Positions 21,371 to 29,509 of a DNA stretch of 64,000 nucleotides are shown here, in pieces. A model generated the notes under the pieces. That model saw nothing but the letters and a program-made list of their open reading frames with translations. It was not told the DNA's origin and ran no database searches. The translations under genes and the position numbers were made by a program. The stretch's first letter is position 1, and each line of letters starts with the position of its first letter. Source of the stretch: an uncultured Acidimicrobiaceae bacterium (GTDB lineage: Bacteria; Actinomycetota; Acidimicrobiia; Acidimicrobiales; SZUA-35); assembly GCA_964648795.1 (NCBI GenBank), contig CAZYMB010000002.1, forward strand, positions 131,643 through 195,642, written 5' to 3'.

Positions 21371-22429
21371 GTGAGAGCAATTATTGATTTCTTCCTAGAG
21401 TTGGCTGCTTCGGCACTCGCCTTCTTCTATTCACTCCCAGTAGTTGGTGGCAACTACGGACTCGCAATCATCTTGCTGACTCTTTCAATCATGATTGTGT
21501 TGATGCCGCTCACACTCAAGGCAACTAAGTCATCTATTAAGTTGTCGAGTCTGCAACCAAAATTGAAAGCTGTTCAGAAAAAGTACAAAGACGACCGTAC
21601 TGTAATGAACCAAAAAGTCTTGGAGCTTTACCAAGAAGAAGGCGTCAACCCTGTAGGTGGTTGTATCCCAATTCTTGCCCAAGCTCCTGTCTTCCTACTT
21701 TTGTTCTCAGTTATCCGTGGGATTACACGTAAGGTCGAAGACCTTCCATTTTCTGGTTTGGCACAGAGAACATGGGAAGAAGCAGGAACTCCCGTTTCCA
21801 CAGAACTGTTTGCTCCAGATCACCTAGATGAAAGTACAGATCTATTTCGAGATCTTTCTATGAGCGAGACAATGGGCTTTGGGCCTTTCGATCTCGGAGC
21901 TCAAGCTTGGGAAATCATCCAGAGCAATTTGGTCGAGAGCATTCCTTACGTTCTTTTGATCTTGTTAGTAATGGGAACGTCGTTCTATCAGCAGAAACAA
22001 ATTGCTGCCCGAAGAACTTCTTCTTCACCAGCAATGAATCCGCAACAACAACTCTTGCTTCGGGTCTTTCCAATCTTGAGTGGTGTTTGGTCACTGTTTT
22101 TCCCTGCTGGATTAGTACTTTATTGGGCCACTTCTAACTCATTTAGGGTCGCACAACAGGCATTCATTACCAGGTCGATGTTCTCCGGTGAGCAGCAGGC
22201 GGCTGATGATTTTGATCTAGATGATGATGACGATGATGAACCGGAAGAGATCATCGATGTTGATTCTGTTGAAGACAACTCAACATCAAACAAAGAAGTT
22301 TCTGAAAGAGAGCAAGCGTGGGAAGCTCGTCGTAAGGCAAAAGCTAAGAAGGCTAAGTCCAAGCGAGCGACATCCAAAGGCTCCTCCAGAATCACACCAA
22401 AGGGCACAAAGCCCAAGAACCAAAATTAA
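21371..22429 (+). CDS. yidC: Membrane protein insertase YidC/Oxa1 family
   Basis: YGLAIILLTLSIMIVLMPLTLK, EEGVNPVGGCIPILAQAPVF and GLVLYWATSNSFRVAQQ. The C-terminus has an acidic run followed by a Lys-rich tail. Confidence 0.93.
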   Translation: MRAIIDFFLELAASALAFFYSLPVVGGNYGLAIILLTLSIMIVLMPLTLKATKSSIKLSSLQPKLKAVQKKYKDDRTVMNQKVLELYQEEGVNPVGGCIPILAQAPVFLLLFSVIRGITRKVEDLPFSGLAQRTWEEAGTPVSTELFAPDHLDESTDLFRDLSMSETMGFGPFDLGAQAWEIIQSNLVESIPYVLLILLVMGTSFYQQKQIAARRTSSSPAMNPQQQLLLRVFPILSGVWSLFFPAGLVLYWATSNSFRVAQQAFITRSMFSGEQQAADDFDLDDDDDDEPEEIIDVDSVEDNSTSNKEVSEREQAWEARRKAKAKKAKSKRATSKGSSRITPKGTKPKNQN

Positions 22430-22445
22430 GTAAGAAGGTAATTCA

Positions 22446-23288
22446 ATGGAATGGATATCAACAACAGCTAAGTCTGTACCAGAGGCGATTGATCTCGCTC
22501 TCGACAACTTGGGCGTTGACGAGGCAGAGGCAGAAATCGTAGTTGTCGAAGAACCAAAGCAGGGTTTCTTCGGAAGAGCTAAAGGCGTTGCACGAGTAGA
22601 GGCAAGAGTAAAGCCGAAGGCAGTTCGTAACAAGAACGAAAAGCGTCGCCGCAACAACAATCGTTCTGGTGGTAACAACCGAACAGGTGGAAACAACAAT
22701 AAGAAGCAGAACAACAATCGTTCGGGCGGAAACAACCGAAACAATAATCGGAATCGCAACAACAACAATCGTTCGAACAACGCCCCAAGCCGTAACTCAG
22801 CAGATGAAAAGCCTCGTCCTAATTCATCAATAGAGGAAGTCTCAGACTTCATTTCTAACTACATGAATGGGTTAACAGATGCATTTGGTATTGAAGATAA
22901 CGTAAAGGTAGTTGGCGATGCAGAGGCAGGTCTAACTGTTGCTGTTGAAGGACAACACGGACTTCTAGTTGGCTCAAAGGGCCGAACACTAAACGCTATT
23001 CAAGAGCTACTTCGAGTTTCAACGCAGCGTTCAAAACCAAGCGAATATCGCATTTATGCCGACGTTGGTGGCTACCGAGAGAAGCGTCGTGGCGCTCTCG
23101 TCGAGTTTGCGACACAGGCAGCTGAGAAAGCAAAGAGTGAGAGTGTAGAAGTAGTACTAGACCCAATGAATTCTGCTGACCGAAAAGTTATTCACGATGC
23201 ACTAACTGATGACCCAGATGTAAGTACACGTTCAGCAGGACAAGAACCTCGACGACGTGTGATTGTTGTTCCAGGTGACGCCGAGTAG
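22446..23288 (+). CDS. jag: Jag/KhpB RNA-binding protein (Jag_N, KH, R3H) with N/R/G-rich insert
   Basis: Conserved position after yidC. C-terminal VVLDPMNSADRKVIHDAL (R3H). Insert: RRRNNNRSGGNNRTGGNNNKKQNNNRSGGNNRNNNRNRNNNNRSNN. Confidence 0.88.
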   Translation: MEWISTTAKSVPEAIDLALDNLGVDEAEAEIVVVEEPKQGFFGRAKGVARVEARVKPKAVRNKNEKRRRNNNRSGGNNRTGGNNNKKQNNNRSGGNNRNNNRNRNNNNRSNNAPSRNSADEKPRPNSSIEEVSDFISNYMNGLTDAFGIEDNVKVVGDAEAGLTVAVEGQHGLLVGSKGRTLNAIQELLRVSTQRSKPSEYRIYADVGGYREKRRGALVEFATQAAEKAKSESVEVVLDPMNSADRKVIHDALTDDPDVSTRSAGQEPRRRVIVVPGDAE

Positions 23289-23297
23289 AGCTCAAAG

Positions 23298-23906
23298 GTG
23301 AGCGAACTCCATAACGTTTTAGAAAGAGCTAGGCAGCTTGGTTTCTTCGGTCCATCAGAAATTGAGGGTCAGATAAACCATGCCCTAGCCTTTCTGCCTT
23401 TACTGACAAGCATTAGATCTGAAACGGATTCTGTATCGATTGTAGATCTAGGAGCAGGCGGTGGTCTGCCTTCGCTCCCTTTGCTTGAGGCTGAACCTTC
23501 ACTGTCGATTTCAATGCTCGATACGTCTGAGCGACGCTGTTCGTTTTTAACATGGGCAATATCAGAGTTGGGCTTTGCCCAAAGAGCACAAGTTTTACAT
23601 CGACGCGCCGAAGAGTTCGCCAGTGAAACTGAAAACCGAGAGACCTTTGATGCGGTTATCGCTAGAGGGTTCGGTCCGCCTGCCGCAACTATTGAATCGG
23701 GAGCTCCCCTGGTTCGTCTAGGCGGCCTAGTGGTCATTAGCGAGCCCCCAAAGCAGAGAAACTGGCCAGCAGAGGCTTTGGCTACTGTTGGGCTCGAATT
23801 GGCCGAGACAGGTCAGGTTGTGGCTTTTTCTAAGGTAGCTGAGAGTCCAGCAGAGTTTCCTAGAAGTTGGAAGCATATAAAGGCAAAGCCTCTATTTAGG
23901 ATCTAA
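23298..23906 (+). CDS. rsmG: 16S rRNA (guanine527-N7)-methyltransferase RsmG/GidB
   Basis: SAM motif IVDLGAGGGLPSLPL, ARGFGP, and conserved synteny. Confidence 0.9.
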   Translation: MSELHNVLERARQLGFFGPSEIEGQINHALAFLPLLTSIRSETDSVSIVDLGAGGGLPSLPLLEAEPSLSISMLDTSERRCSFLTWAISELGFAQRAQVLHRRAEEFASETENRETFDAVIARGFGPPAATIESGAPLVRLGGLVVISEPPKQRNWPAEALATVGLELAETGQVVAFSKVAESPAEFPRSWKHIKAKPLFRI

Positions 23907-23963
23907 CGCCGACTGCCTAGTAAGGCCGAAACTTTTTTCAAACGGGCCTTGTAGGCTTGGGCG

Positions 23964-24779
23964 GTGAGCAGTATTGACTCAAATGAACTACGGGACCCCT
24001 CCCCCTTCAAGTCAGCCCGACGGATAGCGGTTGCCAATCAAAAAGGTGGTGTTGGGAAAACTACGACTGTCGTAAATTTTGCTGCTGCAGCCGCTGAGAC
24101 TGGCAAACGTGTTCTGGTTGTAGATCTTGATCCGCAAGGTAATGCGAGCACGGGGCTAGGGCTAAACCCTCAAGATATTGAGCGGTCAATGTTTGAGGTA
24201 TTGCTACATGACGCTCCAATCGATGACATTATCGAGCCGGCAGGTGTACCGAACCTGTTTGTTGCTCCTTCGAATATTCGCCTTGCAGGCGCTGAAATCG
24301 AGCTTGTTTCGGCCTTTTCTCGCGAAACCAAATTGAAGAATGCCTTGGATAAGGTGTCTAGTGAATACGACCTGATAGTCGTTGATTGTCCCCCATCGCT
24401 CGGTCTGCTAACCATTAACGCTTTCACAGCAGTCACTGAAGTAATAGTGCCAATACAGTGCGAGTACTTTGCTTTAGAGGGCGTTGGCCAGCTGATTCGC
24501 AATGTTGATCTCGTGAAAAAAGCACTAAATACAGACTTAGTGCTATCTCATGTGGTGCTCGTGATGTATGACGGCAGAACAAACTTGGCTACCCAAGTAG
24601 TCGATGAGATTCGTCAGCACTTTGCAGAGAGAGTCTGCAGAACAGTTATTCCTAGATCCGTAAGACTCTCAGAAGCTCCGAGCTACGGTCAACCAATTAC
24701 TGCGTTTGACTCTGAGTCACGGGGTGCAGCCGCCTACAGAGAATTGAGTAGGGAGATCCTAGGAGATCACGCTGTCTAA
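23964..24779 (+). CDS. parA: Chromosome partitioning ATPase ParA/Soj
   Basis: Deviant Walker A NQKGGVGKTTT, VLVVDLDPQGNAS and IVVDCPPSLG. Confidence 0.96.
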   Translation: MSSIDSNELRDPSPFKSARRIAVANQKGGVGKTTTVVNFAAAAAETGKRVLVVDLDPQGNASTGLGLNPQDIERSMFEVLLHDAPIDDIIEPAGVPNLFVAPSNIRLAGAEIELVSAFSRETKLKNALDKVSSEYDLIVVDCPPSLGLLTINAFTAVTEVIVPIQCEYFALEGVGQLIRNVDLVKKALNTDLVLSHVVLVMYDGRTNLATQVVDEIRQHFAERVCRTVIPRSVRLSEAPSYGQPITAFDSESRGAAAYRELSREILGDHAV

Positions 24780-25680
24780 AGGACTATCCGACCTATTAAA
24801 TCTTTCTGGCGACAACCGCTCCCCCGCTGTCGGCGCTACGTCAGAGAGCGCTGCGGTTAGCTCTTCAAAGCGCGAGCTTATCGAAGTAGATCCGAAGTTA
24901 GTTTCTCCCAACGAATACCAGCCGCGCAAGGAATTCGACTCTGAGGAGCTAGTTGGTTTGGCGGCGTCGATTGCAGAGATTGGGGTTCTCCAGCCGATAC
25001 TGATCCGTCCAAATCCAGATGGTTCAACCTATGAGCTTATTGCAGGCGAACGACGTTGGAGAGCTGCTCAAATAGCTGAATTAGAGGCTATTCCAGCCGT
25101 TGTTGGAGACTTCACTGATAGAGATTCCTTGGAGCAGGCAATCGTTGAGAACCTTCACCGACAAGATCTAAACCCAATTGAAGAAGCCTTAGCCTATGAC
25201 CGCCTAGCTACCGAATTCAGTTTGGGGAACTCCCAGATTGCTGAGCGGGTTGGTAAGTCACGACCTGCTGTTGTTAATACCAGAAGACTACTCAAACTGC
25301 CAGATGCAGTTATTAGCCAAGTCCAGGACGGAAGAATCTCAGCCGGTCATGCAAGGACTCTGCTAGCTCTTGAAGATTTATCTTTGGTCACAGAACTTGC
25401 CGAAAGAGTTGAGCGTGAGGGGCTTAGTGTAAGAGCAGTTGAAGATATTGTTCGCAACGCCAACTCCCCTGAGCTGCCACCCACGCAAAGCAATAATGGT
25501 CCTGCCAGCTTCGCTCACTTAGAAGTCGCCTCGTTATTGGAGGATCATCTATCAACCAGATGTAATGTGTCGGCCAGTCGAGGAAATGGCAAGATAACGA
25601 TCGAATTCGCTGATTTAGACGATCTAAGCCGCATATTTGAACTAATCATACCTAATCAAACTGGAAATCTACCGGATTAG
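24772..25680 (+). CDS. parB: Chromosome partitioning protein ParB/Spo0J (start codon non-canonical; CTG at 24772 proposed)
   Basis: The frame is open from 24763. It encodes SKGLSDLL... and then the essential IEVDPKLVSPNEYQPRKEFDSEELVGLAASIAEIGVLQPILIR. The first ATG/GTG/TTG in frame (TTG 24958) lies after these motifs. The HTH and C-terminal domain follow. Confidence 0.85.
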   Translation: MSKGLSDLLNLSGDNRSPAVGATSESAAVSSSKRELIEVDPKLVSPNEYQPRKEFDSEELVGLAASIAEIGVLQPILIRPNPDGSTYELIAGERRWRAAQIAELEAIPAVVGDFTDRDSLEQAIVENLHRQDLNPIEEALAYDRLATEFSLGNSQIAERVGKSRPAVVNTRRLLKLPDAVISQVQDGRISAGHARTLLALEDLSLVTELAERVEREGLSVRAVEDIVRNANSPELPPTQSNNGPASFAHLEVASLLEDHLSTRCNVSASRGNGKITIEFADLDDLSRIFELIIPNQTGNLPD

Positions 25681-25916
25681 GCAGTGTTCATGCCCATCGA
25701 GTAGGTGCTAGCGCAAGAAACATACTGCTTTATCGTTGATCAGTATGTCTTGTACCTCGTTGGTCAACTCTCTAACGGTTCGCAAGTTTGCGTAGCTTAG
25801 CGGCGCCCTGGCCAACGGTGGTAATTGCATAAACGTGATTACAGGGATGGAACTACACTGTTGTAGCCAAACTGGGGGCGGGAATAGCCGGTGAAATGAA
25901 TGGCTAGAAGTATTTA

Positions 25917-25932
25917 TGTTTCACGTGGATCA
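25917..25932. promoter_or_regulatory. parS-like centromere site
   Basis: TGTTTCACGTGGATCA matches the widely conserved parS consensus TGTTNCACGTGAAACA at 14 of 16 positions. Confidence 0.55.
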
Positions 25933-26109
25933 TAGTAGCCAAGATTGGCAGCCGAAATGGGCTATGGCTTTTGCTAAGAACTTGGGCTCTTGGTAGAACT
26001 AGCGAACAATAGGTGTAAGCCCGTGCATCTTACGATGATCCCACATGGCAAAGGGAAGTTCCCCTATGATTAGTGCCAACTGCAGTATATCCATGTTAGT
26101 TAAGGGGAA

Positions 26110-26991
26110 ATGTTGGTAGATATAGAGACGATAGACAACTCAGTTGTCGTAGGAATTGGTAAAGGCGGAAGTTGCAAGACGACTCTCGCCACCCAACTTT
26201 CAGGCATCTGGTCAAGTGAGGGTAAACGCATCCTTTTGGCTGACCTTGACATGCAAGCCTCGGCTACGAAGGTAGTTGGTCTTGATCCAAGTCAGCACGG
26301 AGACGGGCGTCACCTAATGGACTCTATTCTTTACGGAGATGAGTTGAAGACTGTTCGGGCCAGAGACAACTTAGATATTTGTGTAGCCGGACGCCATACT
26401 AAGGCACTAAGTAATCACCTTGTCACTGCAGATACTGCAGCCGCCGACTTTGCACTGCCTTTCCAGAAAGCAGCAGCATCAGGCGACTATGACCGCATCG
26501 TATTTGACCTACCGCCATCTGGCTCTTCACGCCTAGCCGATATGGCAATGCAATCTGGTAAGTACCTGTTGGTGCCGACCTCTAGTGGGGTAGACAATCT
26601 TGAGGGGCTTAGAGTCTTAGCGGCCGAGCTAGAAGAGCTACGTTCAAACATTGTGTTACTCGGAGTGGTTCTAATGAAAATAGGAGCCGGAGCGCCTAGG
26701 AAACGAGCAGAAACTAGAGATCAGGTTGGCGAAATATTAGCTGGTGTAGCTGATCCATTTGAAACAATAATCAGAGATGCAGGTGCCGCTTACGACGACA
26801 GCCGTCGTGCAAGTTTGTTCCTACACGAGTACGCAGAATGGGCGACCACAGTTTCGGTTGCAAACCAGATCAAGTCTAAGATTCGGATACCGCAGAACTT
26901 AGAGAGCTTGGCTCAGGAATTTTATGAGTTGGCAGATGAGGTTGATGATCGTATAGCAACGGCTGACAAAATTTTGGCAGGGGAGAGCTAA
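26110..26991 (+). CDS. Second ParA/MinD-family ATPase (plasmid/type I partition-like)
   Basis: Deviant Walker A GIGKGGSCKTTLA, ILLADLDMQASAT and IVFDLPPSGS. 293 aa. Confidence 0.8.
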   Translation: MLVDIETIDNSVVVGIGKGGSCKTTLATQLSGIWSSEGKRILLADLDMQASATKVVGLDPSQHGDGRHLMDSILYGDELKTVRARDNLDICVAGRHTKALSNHLVTADTAAADFALPFQKAAASGDYDRIVFDLPPSGSSRLADMAMQSGKYLLVPTSSGVDNLEGLRVLAAELEELRSNIVLLGVVLMKIGAGAPRKRAETRDQVGEILAGVADPFETIIRDAGAAYDDSRRASLFLHEYAEWATTVSVANQIKSKIRIPQNLESLAQEFYELADEVDDRIATADKILAGES

Positions 26992-27695
26992 TGGTAGAGA
27001 AAAACTTATCAGCAGCTAGGGGCCTCAATTCAATCGCTGATCCGTCTTCGTTTCGTGGATCATCGGGCAGGCGAGGTAGGAAAGTCAGTGAGGCAGTAGT
27101 AGCTGATGTCTCAGAAGAGCTACAAGAAGATTCAAGCACTCACAAATCGGCAGAGACCGACGATTCGAAGAGGTTCTTCGGGCTTGGAGCGACCGCTACT
27201 ACTCAAGCATCTGTTGTAGAGAACAAATCTGCACAAACAAAGGTGGCAGAAGCTAAAGCCATCACTCAGGATGCAGTTGCTAGGGGAGATTCTGTAATTG
27301 ATCTTAGGACTGGCGATGAAAATGTCACTAAGCCAGCGCCTAAAGTCGTAGCTGGGCCAGCTCGTCAGACTAAGCCTCTAGTTAGCAGCGATGATGAATC
27401 AACCAGAGTGCAAAAGGAAATGTCAATACCTCTGCCTGTACACGAAGCAGTCGAGGCAACAGGGTATAACGTCACTGACTTATTGAGGCGAGCGTATAGA
27501 AACCATGCAGAGGCAGTCAGAGCAGGCGAGTACCTTAGGGGGATGCATCGGGGTAGAAAACGGATTCGCCTTTCAATGGCCCCAGGAGACTACGCTCGCC
27601 TAGACAAGCTGGCACGAAGTCGAGGATGGAACCGTTCAGAAACTGTAACTATCTTGCTCGAAGCCGAACTCAACAGCGGCGAATATAAAAACTAA
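26991..27695 (+). CDS. Hypothetical protein with C-terminal ribbon-helix-helix-like domain (candidate centromere-binding adaptor)
   Basis: The ATG overlaps the stop of the ParA-like gene (TAATG). A long low-complexity N-terminus is followed by RKRIRLSMAPGDYARLDKLARSRGWNRSETVTILLEAEL, which has the strand-helix-helix pattern of CopG/ParG/Arc folds. Confidence 0.55.
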   Translation: MVEKNLSAARGLNSIADPSSFRGSSGRRGRKVSEAVVADVSEELQEDSSTHKSAETDDSKRFFGLGATATTQASVVENKSAQTKVAEAKAITQDAVARGDSVIDLRTGDENVTKPAPKVVAGPARQTKPLVSSDDESTRVQKEMSIPLPVHEAVEATGYNVTDLLRRAYRNHAEAVRAGEYLRGMHRGRKRIRLSMAPGDYARLDKLARSRGWNRSETVTILLEAELNSGEYKN

Positions 27696-27724
27696 GCCCT
27701 GGGATCGCTCAGCGAACCCAGGGC
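27696..27724. terminator. Hairpin between convergent genes (bidirectional terminator candidate)
   Basis: gccctggg (27696-27703) / 13-nt loop / cccagggc (27717-27724). Confidence 0.6.
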
Positions 27725-27751
27725 CAAATTCCAAACATATGTAGCTAGAAC

Positions 27752-28075
27752 TTATGCGAGTTCTAGATCTTTTAGAAGATCGTCTTTACCCTTAGCGCCA
27801 ACGATGGTCTTAGTAACTTCTCCACCAGAGAAGACAAGCATTGTTGGGATAGAGCGAACACTGTAACGCATAGCGATCTCTTGGTTCTCGTCAACATTTA
27901 GTTTTGCAATTTGAATCTTGTCTGTGTTCTCGTTAGCAATCTCTTCTAGAACTGGAGCAACTGCGCGACATGGTCCACACCACTCAGCCCAAAAGTCAAC
28001 AAGAATAGGCAATTCAGAACTGCTTATTGCTTCATCGAAATCACTCGATGTTAATTCTTTTACATTTTCAGCCAT
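27752..28075 (-). CDS. trxA: Thioredoxin
   Basis: WAEWCGPCR active site. 107 aa. Confidence 0.96.
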   Translation of the reverse strand: MAENVKELTSSDFDEAISSSELPILVDFWAEWCGPCRAVAPVLEEIANENTDKIQIAKLNVDENQEIAMRYSVRSIPTMLVFSGGEVTKTIVGAKGKDDLLKDLELA

Positions 28076-28153
28076 TGGGTCCTCCTAAGACTGTGCGGCA
28101 ATCTAATAACAGGATAAGCCCGCGTTTTATTCAATCCTGGAAAAAATAGGCAT

Positions 28154-29119
28154 TTAGTGCACGTTAGCTTCTAGCCAGCGTTCTGCATCAATCGCTGCCT
28201 TGCATCCGGAACCAGCAGCACTAATTGCCTGACGATAGGTCTTGTCTTGCACGTCGCCACACGCAAAAACGCCATCAACATTTGTGTAAGTGCTTGGAGA
28301 CTTCGTAGCAATATAGCCTTCTTCGTCCAAGTCGATCTGGCCATCGAACATTCCAGTATTTGGTTTGTGTCCAATTGCGACGAACATTCCGGTGACAGCC
28401 AGTGTCGAAGTCTCTTCGGTCTCTCGGTTCTTGACTTCGATCGACTCGAGAGCCTCAGCTCCATTCAAACCAACGACCTCTGAGTTCCACATGAACTCGA
28501 TCTTAGGATTAGCAAATGCTCGATCCTGCATGATTTGGCTTGCTCGCAGTTCGTCACGCCTGTGAATAATGGTGACCTTGTCGGCAAACTTAGTCAAGAA
28601 GTTGGCTTCTTCCATTGCGGAATCGCCTCCACCTATCACAGCTATTTCTTGGCCACCGAAGAAGAAACCATCGCAGGTAGCGCAGGTAGATACACCTTTA
28701 CCAATTAGCTCAGTTTCTCGCTCTAGGCCTAACATTATGGCCTTTGCGCCGGTCGAAATAATAACTGCTTGAGCTAAGTAGGTGGGCTCGGCCGCTTCTG
28801 GGTCACCGACCCAAACTTTGTGTGGACGGCTGGTGAAGTCAACTTTAGATGCCTTCACTGTTTCGATTTTAGTGCCGAAGCGCTCAGCCTGTTTGCGGAG
28901 TGAGCTCATCAAATCTGGGCCCATTATCCCTTCTGGGAAACCAGGGAAATTTTCGACGTCGGTTGTGAGCATGAGCTGGCCACCTGGCTGGTCGCCAGTA
29001 GAGGAAGGCTCACCTTCTAGTAGTAGCGGCTCAAGACTTGCGCGGGCTGCATAGATCGAGGCGGTTAGACCGGCCGGTCCGCTTCCGATAATGAGAATGT
29101 CAGTTGATTGGGGTGCCAT
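28154..29119 (-). CDS. trxB: Thioredoxin-disulfide reductase
   Basis: FAD motif IIGSGPAGLTA, redox CATCDG and NADPH motif VIGGGDSAMEEA. Confidence 0.96.
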   Translation of the reverse strand: MAPQSTDILIIGSGPAGLTASIYAARASLEPLLLEGEPSSTGDQPGGQLMLTTDVENFPGFPEGIMGPDLMSSLRKQAERFGTKIETVKASKVDFTSRPHKVWVGDPEAAEPTYLAQAVIISTGAKAIMLGLERETELIGKGVSTCATCDGFFFGGQEIAVIGGGDSAMEEANFLTKFADKVTIIHRRDELRASQIMQDRAFANPKIEFMWNSEVVGLNGAEALESIEVKNRETEETSTLAVTGMFVAIGHKPNTGMFDGQIDLDEEGYIATKSPSTYTNVDGVFACGDVQDKTYRQAISAAGSGCKAAIDAERWLEANVH

Positions 29120-29458
29120 TTAGGGCTCCTTTGGTTCTTTCGCTTTCCAAAGGAATGTCCCTAGCAGTGTCATGAGCCCACCAATAATGAGGTATGCAAG
29201 CCAAGGTTCGCCTTCGTCAACGAAGCCAAGTTCATTGGTAGCCAATATGACTACTCGTAGCAGAACAATAAAACCGACTATCGCAACGATTATTCCGATC
29301 AGGGCAGCGGCGACAAGATAGACAGCGTAGCGAGATGCAACCAGGGCAGGCCCCGTGGTCTTGGCGCGAGCAGTGTCAACATAGCCAACGAGCATGTTCG
29401 ATGCTTTGGCAGGCCAATCGAGATCGGAGGACTCTGAAGTTTCTATTGGGTCGGTCAT
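29120..29458 (-). CDS. Hypothetical membrane protein
   Basis: 112 aa with two clear TM helices. It abuts the trxB start. Confidence 0.5.
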   Translation of the reverse strand: MTDPIETSESSDLDWPAKASNMLVGYVDTARAKTTGPALVASRYAVYLVAAALIGIIVAIVGFIVLLRVVILATNELGFVDEGEPWLAYLIIGGLMTLLGTFLWKAKEPKEP

Positions 29459-29509
29459 GGTAACGCTGAAAATCCTATCAAGGATCTATCGACAGCTTTT
29501 GAAATGTCG

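Noticed and set aside
22286-22852. 188-aa minus-strand ORF across the yidC 3' end and jag 5' end. Also 22120-22416, 22579-22788 and 22221-22433.
   Set aside because: These are mirror images of the low-complexity (D-run, K-rich, N/R-rich) coding repeats of yidC and jag. Repetitive codons keep alternative frames open.
24958-25680. TTG 24958 as the parB start, as in the ORF track.
   Set aside because: It would remove the conserved N-terminal peptide and ParB box I, both of which are encoded in frame upstream. See the parB start-codon finding.
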